DNA of 64,000 nucleotides, taken from NCBI GenBank assembly GCA_963785235.1, contig CAWAUM010000004.1, forward strand, positions 1 to 64,000, read 5' to 3'. Positions 20,977-30,390 of the stretch are shown piece after piece. Origin of the DNA: an uncultured delta proteobacterium (GTDB taxonomy: Bacteria > Desulfobacterota > Desulfomonilia > UBA1062). How positions within the stretch are numbered: the first letter of the stretch is position 1; every line of letters begins with the position of its first letter. Below the pieces are notes generated by a model, which did not search any database, was not told the origin of the DNA, and saw only the letters and a list, made by a program, of their open reading frames with translations. Both the position numbers and the translations under genes were made by a program.

Positions 20977-22659
20977 CTATCCAGAGCCTGACCTCTTTTT
21001 CTTATCCATCTCCCTGAGTTCCTTGCGCAGGATCTTGCCGACTGCGCTTTTGGGGAGCTCGGTCATGAACTCGATGTCCTTGGGCACCTTGTAGGCTGCA
21101 AGCCTCTCCTTACAGAATGCAGTGAGCTCTTCCTTGGTGAGCTGCTCGCCCGGCTTTGAAACGACGAATGATTTGGGCGCCTCTCCGCGGTAAGCGTCCG
21201 GGATGCCGATAGTACACGCCTCAAGGACCTTGGGGTGGGAAAAGAGAATCTCATCGATCTCCTGGGGGAAGATGTTGAATCCGCTCGCTACGATCATGTC
21301 CTTCTTGCGGTCGACAATGGTGAGGTACCCGTCATCGTCCAGGAAACCGATATCGCCGGTAAAAAGCCACCCGTCTTTGAGCACATTAATGGTTTCTTCA
21401 GGCTTTTTGTAATAGCCTTTCATGACCTGGGGGCCCTTGAAACAGACTTCGCCGGACTCGCCCAGCTTCATTTCACTGGTCCCGGTTTCCACGTCCACGA
21501 TCTTCAGGTCGGTGCTTGAAATGGGCACGCCCACGGTTCCGGGTTTGATGTCGCCTTTCCAGGGCGATATCGTGCCCATGGGCGAAATCTCGGTGAGTCC
21601 GTACACATTGATGAGGTCACCTCCGGTGAGACCTTTGAGTTCGTTTATGGTCTCCACTGAAAGCGGGGCCGCACCCGCCACGAAACCTTTGATGAAGCTC
21701 AGGTCCAGGCTCCTGAACGCCGGATTGTTCAGAAGTCCGATGAAGATGGTGGGCACGCCGGGTACGAAGGTGGGCCTGAACTTTTTCAGCTGCTCAATAA
21801 TGGCGGCAGGCTCGGGGCGGGGAACAAGGACATCTGTCCAGCCTCCCCAGACCGTGAAGTTCTGGATGCCCGTGAATCCTGCGGAATGGAAGAAGGGGAA
21901 GATGGCAAGCATGCTGCTTCCATCGCCTTCGCGCAAATCATGGAACCAGCTCTTGAGCTGCTGGACGTTGCAGGACATGTTTGCATGGGTGAGCATCACC
22001 CCCTTGCTGATACCGGTTGTACCGCCGGTGTAGATGAGTGTACCAACCTCGTCCCAGTAGGCCTCGCTGTGCACGGGAGAATCGTCGTACCGGGCCATGA
22101 GGTCCATGAACTGGGATATGCCGGGTAAAGGTTCCACCTTCCGGTACATCTGCTTTTTCACATAGGGGAAGAGCTGCTTTTTGGGGAAGGGGAGAAAGTC
22201 GTTGATGTGGCAGGTGATGATGTGCTTCACCTTGGTGTCAGGTTTCACCTTTATGGCCCTTGGTAAAAGGAGGTCCAGTGTAACGAGTACACTGGCGTCT
22301 GCGTCATCCAGCTGGTAGGTGAGTTCCCGTTCGGTATAGAGCGGGTTGTTCTGTGAAGCCACAGCGCCAATACGCCAGGCGGCATAGTTGGCAATGACCA
22401 CCTGGGGTATATTGGGCAGAAGCATGGCCACGGTGTCGCCCTTTTTCACCCCGATGGCCGTGAGCGCCTTGGCAAATCTGTTTACCAGGGAGTCCAACGC
22501 TGCATAGCTGATCTTCTTGCCCATGTAGATCAGGGCTGGTACATCAGGAAAACGTTTGCTGGTCCTGGTGAGCACCTCGGGCATGGATATGCGCTCGAAG
22601 TTTATCTGTGCGGGTACTCCCACAGGGTAACTCTTGTGCCAGATTCTCTCAAATTTCAC
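20977..22659 (-). CDS. long-chain fatty acid-CoA ligase (FadD-like)
   Basis: YTGGTTGISKG, YGLTE, GPQVMKGY, TGDIG, DRKKDMI, LPKSAVGK. Confidence 0.9.
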   Translation of the reverse strand: MKFERIWHKSYPVGVPAQINFERISMPEVLTRTSKRFPDVPALIYMGKKISYAALDSLVNRFAKALTAIGVKKGDTVAMLLPNIPQVVIANYAAWRIGAVASQNNPLYTERELTYQLDDADASVLVTLDLLLPRAIKVKPDTKVKHIITCHINDFLPFPKKQLFPYVKKQMYRKVEPLPGISQFMDLMARYDDSPVHSEAYWDEVGTLIYTGGTTGISKGVMLTHANMSCNVQQLKSWFHDLREGDGSSMLAIFPFFHSAGFTGIQNFTVWGGWTDVLVPRPEPAAIIEQLKKFRPTFVPGVPTIFIGLLNNPAFRSLDLSFIKGFVAGAAPLSVETINELKGLTGGDLINVYGLTEISPMGTISPWKGDIKPGTVGVPISSTDLKIVDVETGTSEMKLGESGEVCFKGPQVMKGYYKKPEETINVLKDGWLFTGDIGFLDDDGYLTIVDRKKDMIVASGFNIFPQEIDEILFSHPKVLEACTIGIPDAYRGEAPKSFVVSKPGEQLTKEELTAFCKERLAAYKVPKDIEFMTELPKSAVGKILRKELREMDKKKRSGSG

Positions 22660-22949
22660 ATAAACCCCCTCTCTTGAATTTATCTACTAACCCCGGCAGC
22701 ATTCCGGGGAAAGATGACATGACTTATAGTATTACAATAATAATCGCATTACAGCCCTTGTCAAATCCTGGTCGATGCAGGTACTATGTGTTACAGCCCG
22801 GAACCGAGAGTACGTACATAAATAATAAAAACATTTCCTGTAAGGATTGGATGTATTTGCAAAAATAAAACAACTTGATAGCTTATGGACATCTCCTCAT
22901 CGGTCTCTTGTTTTACTCATGACAAATACAATTCACCGGAGGATCCTCT

Positions 22950-23744
22950 GTGAACATGGAATCATCAGCTCTTCTCAGGTTCAATCTGGTTGAGACGGTC
23001 AGGGCATTCAACCGATGGCATAAGGAAGGATATTTTATTGAGAATGACGGCATCATATGTGCCGCAGGCACAACAGACTTTCCTTTCGGCTACACGAACA
23101 TTTCAGTCAGGGTGGATGAGGCTGTAAACCCGGACTCGGTCATCCGGAAAGGATTGTCTTTCTTTAAAGGACTGGGCCGCTCCTTCACGCTGATGATCAA
23201 TGGAAAGCAGGATGCCGATCTTGAGAATGCGGCAATCAGGACAGGCCTTGTCCTTTATGAAGACAGCCCCTGGATGATATTGAACAATAAAATAGCAACG
23301 ATTGGAGAAAGAACTGATATACGAATAGAACAGGCGAGGAACACAGGCGATATCGGTAAAATCCGGTCCATCAACAGCCAGGCTTACGAGTCTTTAGGCC
23401 TTCCTTCAGTTCAGACTGAAGCCCTTTACGGGGTGCCAGAGCGCATTCTATCGCCTGACACCATGCATTTCATTGCATACCTGGGAGGCAGTCCTGTTGC
23501 TACGGTTATGATCCTGTTCACAAGAGATGTCGCATGCATCGGCTGGGTCGGCACGGTTGCTTCTGCCAGGGGGCAAGGAATCGCCACACACATGGTTAAA
23601 ACCATTTCAAACCGGTGCTTTGATGAAGGCGCCAGGCTGGTCCATTTGCAGGCGAGCACAATGGGATGGCCCATTTATGAAAAGATGGGGTATGAGACCT
23701 TTGACCGCTGGAAACTCTATTGCGCTGACATCAGAAGGATTTAA
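22950..23744 (+). CDS. GNAT acetyltransferase
   Basis: VGTVASARGQGIA motif A, YEKMGY. Confidence 0.8.
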   Translation: MNMESSALLRFNLVETVRAFNRWHKEGYFIENDGIICAAGTTDFPFGYTNISVRVDEAVNPDSVIRKGLSFFKGLGRSFTLMINGKQDADLENAAIRTGLVLYEDSPWMILNNKIATIGERTDIRIEQARNTGDIGKIRSINSQAYESLGLPSVQTEALYGVPERILSPDTMHFIAYLGGSPVATVMILFTRDVACIGWVGTVASARGQGIATHMVKTISNRCFDEGARLVHLQASTMGWPIYEKMGYETFDRWKLYCADIRRI

Positions 23745-23749
23745 TCAAG

Positions 23750-24010
23750 TCATGCCTGCCCCTTTACACGCTTACCGGCGAGCACGAGGAGCATGATCGC
23801 AATGATGAGGAGCTTGCTGCTCCAGAGCATTGATAAAATTGACCGAACAAGCTTGAAGGCGATCTTCACCCCGATGAGGCACAGCAGGCCGATCCCTGCT
23901 GCATTCAGCCAGTGCCTGGCAGGTGAAAGCCTTGACAACAGCTCTTTCCTGACCTCCAGGAGCTCCTGAACAGTCTCGTCGATCTCGCGGCTCAGCTTCT
24001 TTTCAGCCAT
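23750..24010 (-). CDS. small membrane protein (DUF3618-like partner)
   Basis: Start at MAEKK overlapping the upstream gene, two hydrophobic segments. Confidence 0.55.
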   Translation of the reverse strand: MAEKKLSREIDETVQELLEVRKELLSRLSPARHWLNAAGIGLLCLIGVKIAFKLVRSILSMLWSSKLLIIAIMLLVLAGKRVKGQA

Positions 24011-24375
24011 CGCATGTCCTCCTTTACACAGCTCAGGTGTTCCTGCGCTTCTCTGGCCCCCTTTTTCGTCATCACCAGCGCTATGCCGCCAAGGAACAAG
24101 CCTGTAAACAGAAGTGAAGCGGTAACGATGAGCCCTGAAACCCAGGGTAAAAACCATGTGTTCAGAAGCAGCACAATGGTAACCAGGCTAAAGACGCCGG
24201 CCAGAGCCACGAGCACAAGGCATGCCCCTCCCAGGGCAATCACCGGAAGCCCGGTCTTCAGGGTGCCTTTACCCGCCTCTTTCACGTAAGCCTTTTCCTG
24301 CTTCAAAAATTTCCTGACCAGGCTCACAAAGCGCTTAATCAGGCTGAATGTAGCTTCTCCTTCGAAGTTACCCAT
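23992..24375 (-). CDS. phage holin-like / YqjE (DUF1469) membrane protein
   Basis: Two TM helices, PW motif, terminal KEDMRWLK. Confidence 0.7.
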   Translation of the reverse strand: MGNFEGEATFSLIKRFVSLVRKFLKQEKAYVKEAGKGTLKTGLPVIALGGACLVLVALAGVFSLVTIVLLLNTWFLPWVSGLIVTASLLFTGLFLGGIALVMTKKGAREAQEHLSCVKEDMRWLKRS

Positions 24376-24510
24376 GGCGAGACCCTCCTTTTGATTGGAT
24401 AGTATCAGCAGCCAGGGCGTTTTGCAATCAGCTCGGCTTTTTATGGTAAAAGTGCCATCGGCTTGCTGCAGTAGGGTTTATGAGATTATGAAAAAATGAT
24501 ATTGAGAGAA

Positions 24511-26304
24511 TCAATCGATCATGCGTCTTCTGTACAGCATGAAAATGCTGGTAAATAACATACACGCAAAAACTAAGATGGACATCTCTTGTAGGGTATA
24601 ATTATACAAATTATAAGCATCTTGAGAACTGACTTTTTCACCTTTTTTCTTTATAACTACAGTGCTGTTAGGCAATGATCCGTTGTCCTTCTTCATCGTT
24701 CCTGCAGTGTTGTTGAACATGTGATTTTCAAGGACACGATGAGCACTCCCGTCATTACTTGCAAGTATGGATGAGGCTATCGGGATGTTAATTTGCTCTG
24801 GTGAAGGCAAAGAGACATCAACCGCTTTTTTAGATTCTGAGATATCGCTTGTGATGGTGTTTCCTGCAGCTGCTTCCTGGACGTCATGGGTTTTCACTTG
24901 ATTTGATCGAGAAACAATCGGGAATGATTCATAATTGTTGATATAAGTTTTCATGGGGTTATTTGCTTTTTGATTATTTTCAACTTCTGCTGTAAGTGGC
25001 GCAGGCATACGCATCATGGGAGGTAATGTTTCCGTTTCTGTATTCGTTATGATCTGACTGGTTACTGGCTGGTCAATAGTGTTGTTGGTTTTTGACGGTT
25101 GTGCGTCTTGTATTGCAACCGACTCAATACCCGTGTTGCTGTCTTTGGATCCATTGATCTCTATCCTGTCGTTGTCGTTTGCATAATCCTGTGACAAGTT
25201 GCTGGTTTTGCTTGAGAGAGTTGTCGTAGAAACAGAAACACCAGGTGTAGGAAGCGGTGCAGTTAATGATACCGGTGTTTCTCCTTTATCCTTATTATAA
25301 TGCAGAACTGTCCCAGTATCACCTGCAGCAAGAATGTCGGTTTTTAAGTTTCCCAGGCTGGCTACCTGTTCTTTCTTTTCGTCATTTATCTTCGAGACCC
25401 ACTCGCTGTCTTTATAGCTTAAAACCATGCCTCCTGACCCTACTGCATAAATACTGTTATCCGAAGCACCTCCGAGGCCACAGATAGTATTTGTTTTATT
25501 GCTGGTCATCGGGCTCCAGGTGATGCCATTAAAATGAAGAATTGTACCTGCATCACCTGTGGCATAGATGTTTTTAGAAGAACTTCCCCATATACCAAGA
25601 AGGTCCTTCCTGGTGCCCGAATTCATGATGTTCCAGGATATTCCATCAAAGTGAAGCATGGTGCCGTTGTATCCAACTGCAAAGATGTTGGTGCTCGAGG
25701 TGCCCCAGACTCCTAACAGGTCTTTGTTTGACCTGGAGTTCGTAAGACGCCATGAAGTGCCGTCGTAGCGAAGGATCATACCATTATATCCGACAGCATA
25801 GACTTCAGTGCTCGAAACGCCCCAGATCCCTCTGATATCTTTATTTATATCATTCTTCATGCTGGTCCATACAGCACCATCATAATGAAGTATCGTTCCT
25901 TTTTCCCCGACGGCAAATACATCGTTTCCTGATGTTCCCCAGACTTGGGTGAGGTTTGACGTTGTTTCGCTGCTTAATGGGCTCCAGGTACTGCCATTGA
26001 AGTGTATGATTGTTCCGTTATTCCCAACCGCGAAGAGATTGTTGCTTGTGATGCCCCAGATAGAGCCTAAATTATTCGTGGTCCCGCTCGGCATTTTTTC
26101 CCATATATTGCCGTTATAATGCATAATAGTTCCATTGTTTCCAACAGCATAAACATCGTTATTTGAGAGACTTAAGACGGCATTCAGGCTGTTACCCTGT
26201 GGAAGTGGATTCTGCCATTCCAATTCTTCGGCACATACTTGTCCCGCGAAAAGAAAAATAGAACAGAATAAAATATAAAAATAAAACCTTACGGCTTCAA
26301 TCAA
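24511..26304 (-). CDS. secreted beta-propeller repeat protein with S/T/N-rich stalk and C-terminal membrane anchor
   Basis: Signal peptide, WQNPLPQGNSL, about 7 repeats of L.GIWG.S....FAVG..GTILH.DG..W, C-terminal TM followed by RRR. Confidence 0.8.
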   Translation of the reverse strand: MIEAVRFYFYILFCSIFLFAGQVCAEELEWQNPLPQGNSLNAVLSLSNNDVYAVGNNGTIMHYNGNIWEKMPSGTTNNLGSIWGITSNNLFAVGNNGTIIHFNGSTWSPLSSETTSNLTQVWGTSGNDVFAVGEKGTILHYDGAVWTSMKNDINKDIRGIWGVSSTEVYAVGYNGMILRYDGTSWRLTNSRSNKDLLGVWGTSSTNIFAVGYNGTMLHFDGISWNIMNSGTRKDLLGIWGSSSKNIYATGDAGTILHFNGITWSPMTSNKTNTICGLGGASDNSIYAVGSGGMVLSYKDSEWVSKINDEKKEQVASLGNLKTDILAAGDTGTVLHYNKDKGETPVSLTAPLPTPGVSVSTTTLSSKTSNLSQDYANDNDRIEINGSKDSNTGIESVAIQDAQPSKTNNTIDQPVTSQIITNTETETLPPMMRMPAPLTAEVENNQKANNPMKTYINNYESFPIVSRSNQVKTHDVQEAAAGNTITSDISESKKAVDVSLPSPEQINIPIASSILASNDGSAHRVLENHMFNNTAGTMKKDNGSLPNSTVVIKKKGEKVSSQDAYNLYNYTLQEMSILVFACMLFTSIFMLYRRRMID

Positions 26305-26418
26305 TCAATTATTCCTCATAAAACAGCTCAGTTCATTACAGCTGTATTTGCTTCTATATTATGAATGAACACCTGTAAGAGAATATAGTTTTCCCCTTAC
26401 CATCGACAGTATTGATCG

Positions 26419-26434
26419 GCAATATTTGTGCCAA
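26419..26434 (-). promoter_or_regulatory. sigma54 -24/-12 promoter
   Basis: TTGGCAC-AAATA-TTGC on the minus strand, about 115 bp upstream of the 26304 start. Confidence 0.7.
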
Positions 26435-26692
26435 GCGTGATCTATAGATATATCAAATAACTAGAAGAATCAGTTGGATGAAAAATTATGCTAAGTGGAA
26501 TTGGTTTTCTTATTAGTGGAATCAAATTTCATCATCCACTCTGTACCAATTGTCATAGGCAAAGCAGAATGTATCCTTATTTATTTGTAGAACGAGTTGT
26601 AAGATGTTTTATACTCCGGCCCATAAGTAGGAATTCTTGGTATGGATATGGTACGGATTAGCTAGTGTCATTCCTGTAATAAAGCCATAAAA

Positions 26693-26789
26693 TGGCGGAA
26701 GCGCATGGGAATCGAACCCACCCCAGGCACTCGTCGCACCCGACACCGGATTTGAAGTCCGGGGGGCCCACCAGGACCCGTCCGCTTCC
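26693..26789 (-). tRNA. selC: tRNA-Sec (anticodon TCA)
   Basis: GGAAGCGG...CCGGA-CTTCAAA-TCCGG, long variable arm, GGTTCGATTCC, ends CGCTTCCGCCA; 97 nt. Confidence 0.95.
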
Positions 26790-26960
26790 AAAAGCACTTC
26801 TAACACACTCACAAAGGTATGATCAAGGATGCTCCGGTATTTTCTTGGGAGGGAGCTGAATTTTATTTTTTCCTATTACTCGCAATCCAGAGCTGATCAT
26901 GGCCATGGCCTGTCATTTTGTGTCTTGACACTCCGGGCCTAAGTTGTAATTGATATTACT

Positions 26961-27497
26961 ATGATAATACGGCTCATTGTTTGCCTTGCCATATCCATAC
27001 TCCTTCACGTCCTTTTCATCATGCATCCGTTTCAGGTCCAGGAAAAGAAGGCCCTACCCATGAAGCCCATGGAAACCGTCCCGGTGGGGCTGGTGGATAT
27101 TCCCGGGCAGGTGGCCGCTTTAAACCCGAAAGTGTCATCAAAACCTCCCAGTCCTCCTGTTGTGGATAATAAAGGTGGGGAAGGCGTAAGCTTCGTGGCC
27201 GAAGGCGGGGTAGGGAAGGTATATCTCGACAAGCTGAAGGTGAAGATATTCAATGTCTGGCAGTATCCGGCCGATGCCATCCACAAAGGCGAGCAGGGAA
27301 AGGTGACCATCTCGTTTGTGCTCAATGATAAAGGCGAGCTCATGGATATGGGCGTCCTTGCCGGCTCCGGTTCCAGTAGCCTCGATTCCGCTGCCATGGC
27401 TGCTGTTAAGAAGGCAAGCCCTTTCGGATCCTTCACGGGTGACATCAAGGAGAAAACACTCAAGGTCACAGGGAATTTTGCCTATGTTCTGGATTAG
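26961..27497 (+). CDS. TonB family energy transducer
   Basis: ISILLH TM, Pro-rich linker, WQYP..A...GEQGKV, SGSSSLDSAA. Confidence 0.8.
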   Translation: MIIRLIVCLAISILLHVLFIMHPFQVQEKKALPMKPMETVPVGLVDIPGQVAALNPKVSSKPPSPPVVDNKGGEGVSFVAEGGVGKVYLDKLKVKIFNVWQYPADAIHKGEQGKVTISFVLNDKGELMDMGVLAGSGSSSLDSAAMAAVKKASPFGSFTGDIKEKTLKVTGNFAYVLD

Positions 27498-27568
27498 CGA
27501 GCCTTTCAAAGAACGCAGGGAATTTTAGTAAGGTGGTTGTTTAGGATTTTTTCATTGGTACCGATAGG

Positions 27569-27760
27569 ATGAATATGGATCCGATACAGGGAACGAATGT
27601 CTCACTCGATATTACCTTGAGCGCCTTGAAGGCATACGATACGCGAAACAAGGTGGCCCTTGCCGGCGTAAAACTCGTGCTGGATACCCAGAAGACAATG
27701 GGGCAGGATCTCGTGAAGATGCTGGAGAACCTGGGCGCCAATATCGATACCTATGTGTAG
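27569..27760 (+). CDS. YjfB-like putative motility protein
   Basis: VKLVLDTQK...LVKML..LGANIDTYV pattern. Confidence 0.6.
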   Translation: MNMDPIQGTNVSLDITLSALKAYDTRNKVALAGVKLVLDTQKTMGQDLVKMLENLGANIDTYV

Positions 27761-27930
27761 GCCAATGGCCCTGTAGGAAAAACCTTTAGAGTTCCTCAAA
27801 TCTTGTAGTTTCATTTCATAAAAGATATGCCTTCAAGGGTCACAATGCTTGCCGTTGAAGGTGCATCGAATCTTGTCCAAGGCCTCTTGGATCTTGCATA
27901 ACCTCCGGCAAAGGGATAAAGAGCAAAGGT

Positions 27931-28707
27931 ATGCGATTCCTGCTCACGAACGATGATGGTATTTACGCACAGGGGCTTGCCGCCATTAAACAGGAGCTGG
28001 AAAAGATAGGCGATTGTGTGGTGATAGCCCCGGTAACCGAGCAGTCGGCCGTGGGCCATGCCATAACCATTTCCGACCCGTTGAAGGTCATTCCCATCCA
28101 CCGTTCCGGCGAGTTCTATGGATACGGCATCACCGGTTCTCCTGCCGACTGCGTGAAGCTCGGCGTCTCGCACATCATGAAGCAGCCGCCCGACGTAGTG
28201 GTTTCAGGCATCAACAGGGGCGAAAATGTGGGGATAAATGTGCTGTATTCCGGTACGGTCTCGGCTGCAACTGAGGCACTCATCCTCGGGTACACCGGGA
28301 TTGCACTGTCCGTGGACAATTACCTGAATCCGGACTATCACGCAGCCGGCATCTTTGGTGCGCGCCTGGCTATGAAATATGCCCAGCGGAACAAACCCCT
28401 GCCGTTTGCGCTGAACGTAAACTGTCCCTCATGCCCCATGGAAGAAATCAAGGGGGTCAGGGTTACAAGACAGGGTGATTCCCGGATTGTGGATGAGTTT
28501 GTCAGGCGTGAGAGCCCCCGGGGAACTGTCTATTACTGGCAGGCCGGTCTGACAAGGATCATCGATGAGGCAGAGGATACCGATGCCGTGTGCCTGAGGA
28601 ACAGGATGATTTCCATCACGCCGATCCACTACCGGCTTGGCGCGAATTGGATCAGCGCCGATGACCTGAATCAGGATTATCTGGAGACACTGTTCCATGG
28701 AGCTTGA
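27931..28707 (+). CDS. surE: 5'/3'-nucleotidase SurE
   Basis: LLTNDDG, GSPADCV, SGINRGEN, YSGTVSAA. Confidence 0.95.
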   Translation: MRFLLTNDDGIYAQGLAAIKQELEKIGDCVVIAPVTEQSAVGHAITISDPLKVIPIHRSGEFYGYGITGSPADCVKLGVSHIMKQPPDVVVSGINRGENVGINVLYSGTVSAATEALILGYTGIALSVDNYLNPDYHAAGIFGARLAMKYAQRNKPLPFALNVNCPSCPMEEIKGVRVTRQGDSRIVDEFVRRESPRGTVYYWQAGLTRIIDEAEDTDAVCLRNRMISITPIHYRLGANWISADDLNQDYLETLFHGA

Positions 28708-29386
28708 GCATATTGAGGAGCGGCTGGGCTATAGTTTTGCGAACAGGGATCTCTTGCACGAGGCCCTCACGCATACCACCTATGTAAACGAACACAAGGA
28801 ACTGGGCCTGAAAGACAATCAACGTCTTGAGTTCCTGGGCGATACAGTTATCAACTCCATCATCACCACAAGGCTCTTCGTGTTGTTCCCTGATGAGAAA
28901 GAAGGGCAGCTCACCAAGAAAAGGGCCGAACTCATCAGCGAAGTGGCGCTTGCAAAAATCGCCCGCCACCTGGGCATCGGCAAATTCCTGAGTCTTGGAA
29001 AGGGTGAGGAGATGGACAGCGGCCGGAAGAAGGTGTCCTTGCTTGCAGATGCCTATGAGGCCCTTGTTGGTGCAATTTTCCTCGACAGCACATATGAGAA
29101 GACCACCCGGGTCGTCCAGAAGCACTATGATGAGATCTTCGGTGCCCTTGATGAGATTTCCATCACCGATTACAAGAGCCTGCTTCTGGAGTTCTGCCAG
29201 TCGCAGTTCAGGGCATTGCCCAAAATCACGGTGATTCATGAGCAGGGCCCCGAGCATGATAAAGAGTTTGAGGTGAATGTAACGCTGCAGGATAAGGTTA
29301 TCGGCCATGGAAAGGGCAAGAATAAAAAACAGGCATCGCAATTTGCATGCAAGGAGGCATTAAGATTGCTGGACTACCCCCTATAG
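28697..29386 (+). CDS. rnc: ribonuclease III
   Basis: NQRLEFLGD, LADAYEALVGAIFLD, dsRBD. Confidence 0.95.
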   Translation: MELEHIEERLGYSFANRDLLHEALTHTTYVNEHKELGLKDNQRLEFLGDTVINSIITTRLFVLFPDEKEGQLTKKRAELISEVALAKIARHLGIGKFLSLGKGEEMDSGRKKVSLLADAYEALVGAIFLDSTYEKTTRVVQKHYDEIFGALDEISITDYKSLLLEFCQSQFRALPKITVIHEQGPEHDKEFEVNVTLQDKVIGHGKGKNKKQASQFACKEALRLLDYPL

Positions 29387-30390
29387 TCATCCCGGTATTT
29401 GTATCGAACCTGGGATGTCCTCACCGGTGCATCTTTTGCGACCAGAGGCAGAACGCCAGGCCCATGCCGCCTGAGCATGTTGCCGAGCATGTAGGTGAAT
29501 TTCTCTCGAACTGCAGGGCTGCAGGCGACCGTCACCGAACCCTCGCCTTTTTCGGAGGATCTTTTACCGGCATTTCACATGATCTGTTAGAGGAATATCT
29601 GGATGTGACACGAACCCTGATTGCCCAAGGTATTATTCACTCAGCCAAGGCCTCCACCCGTCCGGATATGGTCTCAGTTGAAATATTGCACCGCCTAACA
29701 CAGGCCGGTTTCCATGAGCTGGAGATCGGCATCCAGTCCATGGACGATGTCGTACTTGAAGCAAGCTCGAGGGGACATACACGAAAAGACGCTGCAGATG
29801 CCTGCTGTCTTGTGAAGAAATCGGGGATGAAGCTTGGGGTCCAGATCATGCCGGGGCTTCCCGGCGAGGACATAAAGAGCTTCAAGCAGACCGTTGATGA
29901 TGTATTGAAGCTGGGTCCGGATACGGCAAGGATTTATCCCACAGTAGTCCTTGGGGGCACCAGGCTGGAAGAGATTTACCTCAGGGGCGACTATCAGCCG
30001 CTTTCCCTGGATGAGGCGGTAAGCCGCACCCTGTATGCGGCAATCAAGCTGGAAAATTCCGGCAGCACAATCCTGCGCATGGGCATTCCATTTTCGAACG
30101 GGCTAAAGGTTATTGCCGGGCCCTATCATGCCTCTTTCGGGTTTCTTGTACGGGCATTGGGATACCGTATCATGGCGGGGCGTATTATATCAAAGCTAGG
30201 GAAAGGCTGTGAGATGAAAGTATTTTCAAAAGATATCCCCGAACTTGTGGGGTACCGGCGTAGTACATTAAAAGACCTCAACTTTTCGTTCAGTTTTGAT
30301 GACACATTACCGAGTGGTTATATCAGGGCACATGCTTCAAGAGAAAGTGCTTGTATACAACTACAGGATATTTTAGAGTATATTCTATGA
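29347..30390 (+). CDS. radical SAM protein (Elp3/YhcC-like); start uncertain
   Basis: CPHRCIFC, FFGGSFT, STRPD, GPYH. Confidence 0.85.
   Translation: MQGGIKIAGLPPIVIPVFVSNLGCPHRCIFCDQRQNARPMPPEHVAEHVGEFLSNCRAAGDRHRTLAFFGGSFTGISHDLLEEYLDVTRTLIAQGIIHSAKASTRPDMVSVEILHRLTQAGFHELEIGIQSMDDVVLEASSRGHTRKDAADACCLVKKSGMKLGVQIMPGLPGEDIKSFKQTVDDVLKLGPDTARIYPTVVLGGTRLEEIYLRGDYQPLSLDEAVSRTLYAAIKLENSGSTILRMGIPFSNGLKVIAGPYHASFGFLVRALGYRIMAGRIISKLGKGCEMKVFSKDIPELVGYRRSTLKDLNFSFSFDDTLPSGYIRAHASRESACIQLQDILEYIL

Noticed and set aside
22718-22764. fadD promoter region as another TAATGA-N4-TCATTA operator
   Set aside because: Half-site spacing differs; only GTAATACT is shared with the tetR site.
23992-24375. 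Holin-like gene as a prophage
   Set aside because: No phage genes nearby; this family is commonly chromosomal.
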